64,000 bases of DNA from Eledone cirrhosa. Lineage: Eukaryota. Where the stretch lies: contig OZ024746.1 in the NCBI GenBank assembly GCA_964016885.1, positions 68,696,001 through 68,760,000 on the forward strand, given 5' to 3'. This document shows, piece after piece, positions 61,566 through 64,000 of this stretch. The notes beneath the pieces were generated by a model. The model was not told the origin of the DNA. It did not search any database and worked only from the letters and a program-made list of their open reading frames with translations. A program made the translations under genes and the position numbers. Within the stretch, counting starts at the first letter, position 1, and each line of letters opens with the position of its first letter.

Positions 61566-62545
61566 CAGCAAAATAGCAGTCATTAGAACATTAGAATGCT
61601 TTGTAGTATTCGTTCCAGCTCTCTTCTGAGTTCAAATCCTGTCAAGGTCAACAATGTCTTTCATCCTTCTGAGATTAATGAAAAAAAGTACCAGCCTAGT
61701 ACTGGGGCTGATTCTTTCTCTATATCTGCATTCCACTCTCACTCAGTCTTTCTCTGGAAGAAATCTATTGTTTTCAGACCTGGAGAGTAGATGGGCTCTG
61801 TCAGGCTAAAAATGCCCAAGAAACACTACTCCACTACAGCACTTCTACAACACCACCAGGAGTTATAGGTCTATATATATACAAACATTCTTAAAGTATT
61901 TATAATGAATGGCAGTCTTATTTAGAAATTTATTCTCAGCTTCCATTTCTTACGGAAAAAAAAAGATTTCACATGATTTGTTTATTTTAAGTAGTATAAT
62001 ATATATTAAATAGTTTGTATATTTTGTTTTCTTTTCTTTTGTCTATATATAAAAAAAGGGACATTTAAACTTGAAATCATCATTCCTCTCTGGCCATTAT
62101 ATTAGTTATTATGTACACCTGTTAATACTGCAAGCTAATGGAAGAGCCTCTATTTGGTCGTTCAACCTGCTAGAAATAGCAATCAAATTGCCTTCAAATC
62201 ACACTCTCCCATCTTTACAAAAAAGAAAGAGCACTTTTCGATATATTTTTTTTTCTTTTAACCCATAATGCCATAGTGACATATGGCATGTCTTGGGTAT
62301 TTTTTTTTTTTATTAAGCAGTACCCATTTCCTCTATAGGTCTGAGCACAACCAATTTCTTCCACAGAGAGAGAGTGATAGAAAGGACATGAGGAAGAGCT
62401 ATAGAAGAAGGAAGCCCAGTACCAAACTGGTACTTTCTTATCAACCTCGAAGGTTTAAAAGCAAAGTTGACCTCAATGAGATTTGAACTCAGAGCGCAGA
62501 GAGCCGGAACAAATACCATGAGGCATTTCATCTGCATCTCTAGTT
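61563..62545. mobile_element. Tail-to-tail pair of family A2 SINEs
   Basis: Copies at ~61563-61875 (+) and ~62283-62545 (-). Confidence 0.75.
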
Positions 62546-63129
62546 CTAGATATACTAACTTAGAATAAAAATGGAATAATCAAGACTAGAATTCAATTTG
62601 ATCACAATTCTACTGAATCAGAGTTGACCTTGGGCTAAACAACAACAGCAACCATTGAAATGAAACAATTGTCACCAAATACAGCCAACCTAGTTCATGC
62701 CATAATTATGGTGAGAACGATATAATTATATAATGACATAATTATAGTCAGTAAGATCGTTTTTTGTGGAAGGCATTGGAAAAAATGGAGGCATTTAAGC
62801 TTTTAATTTCTGGTTGATATCAATTTGATATTATTTTAGTATTTTTACCTTGTTATTTTACAATAATTTTCCTTGAGATGGAAGTTAGCATCTTATTCTT
62901 ATCGATCCACTTCATATTCAGCTGAATTTTGTTTAGCCAAAGCTGAATAGATTTGTCTGTATCTTTATTTTACATAGCAAGGTCAGCAGAAATGCATATT
63001 TCTTGCATTGAAGTATATCTCAATAGTTTGTGACTGTGGCATTGCCAAACATGGTACCATTTGAGAAACTGCATCCCCATTTATTGAGGCTCTCCTTAGC
63101 TCTGACAGCTCCAATTCTCACTTGATAAA

Positions 63130-63590
63130 CCCTTTTGATACCAAACCACCTGAAACTACCCTTGGTTTTACAATACAAGGGTGTTTATTTTAAAGTGTTT
63201 ATCATCATCACCGTTTAACATCCATTTTTCCACACTAGCACGAATTAGACAAGTTGTCCCATTATGAGACAAGCCAGATCAGATGATGGTGTCTTGCTCA
63301 TACAGAACTGATTCTGATTTGGTTTCTATGGCTGGATGCCCTTCCTATTGCCAACCACATTTACTGTGTGTACTAGGTGCTTTTTACTGTGGCACCAAAA
63401 CGACTACTTTACAATGGGGAGTGGGTGCTTTTGTCTAAAAACTTTCAGTTATAATTCTATGTACGAACCTTTGTTAGTTATACTTCAAACACCAGCTTAA
63501 TAATGAGAAAATTAGTTATTGTACTGAATTCCTCTATTATTTTCAAAACCATACACGCTGTCTTTCATTAGAAATATACAGGCAAAAGGG
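63130..63590 (+). mobile_element. piggyBac-like MITE family 2 with nested RTE 3' end (~63201-63435, minus)
   Basis: CCCTTTTGATACCAAACC start, CAAAAGGG-TT end; (CAT)n RTE tail inside. Confidence 0.7.
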
Positions 63591-64000
63591 TTGGTGTTCC
63601 ATTTTACTTAACTTGCAGCCACACCATGAGGTAGCTGTTTACCTGCACTATCTCCATTAATTATATGAAGATAAAGACTCAAGGAGAAATTCAAAGCAGC
63701 AAGTAAATTTCTACTTAACCATTCAATCTGATATAGCAGTAAAACCTCCCTCAAATCACCAACAGGAAATGTCCAAAAATAAAATTAAGTAAAAGCAATT
63801 TTAATGTATGTGGAATGAATACTGCAGTAGGTGAAAAATAATCAGAACTGGTTAACAAAAATAATATAAAGTCATAGAAGTATTATTAGCAGAGAATCTT
63901 GAGGCTATTGAATGATGCCAGCATGAAAACAACTGGTGATAATGAGAACTAAAACTGTGTGAGACTATGGGGCAGATGCCCTGTTCATTCAGCTGAAGCA

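Overview
AT-rich eukaryotic, non-coding DNA, most likely intronic or intergenic sequence from a coleoid cephalopod (Octopus-like). That assignment is inferred from the repeat landscape: RTE-clade LINEs with (GAT)n tails, tRNA-headed CORE-type and Meta-type SINEs, and very long (TA)n, (GA)n and (GGT/AGT)n microsatellites. I found no confident host protein-coding exon, rRNA, tRNA gene or CRISPR array. Almost all ORF-track entries are microsatellite translations or antisense frames of repeats. The only recognisable coding sequence is transposon-derived: a 5'-truncated RTE ORF (37914-39074), other RTE fragments, a second LINE RT fragment, and an internally deleted hAT (SPIN/Buster-like) transposase. 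Also present are many MITEs with readable TIRs/TSDs (piggyBac-like TTAA, hAT 8-bp, Tc1/mariner TA, one 6-bp TSD) and a solo LTR. Most notable: (1) a C4HC3 PHD-like finger inside the RTE reverse transcriptase, reconstructed from two copies; (2) a ~200-bp repeat family carrying CpG-decayed minimal hammerhead ribozyme motifs; (3) one SINE head/core with at least five different tails, including a young family with a chimeric RTE tail; (4) several long inverted repeats that could form dsRNA, including a ~152-bp one not seen elsewhere in the window; (5) an adjacent filled/empty TTAA insertion-site pair; (6) a SINE/tRNA fragment duplicated into the end of a solo LTR. Coordinates were read by eye and repeat boundaries are approximate unless a TSD is given.
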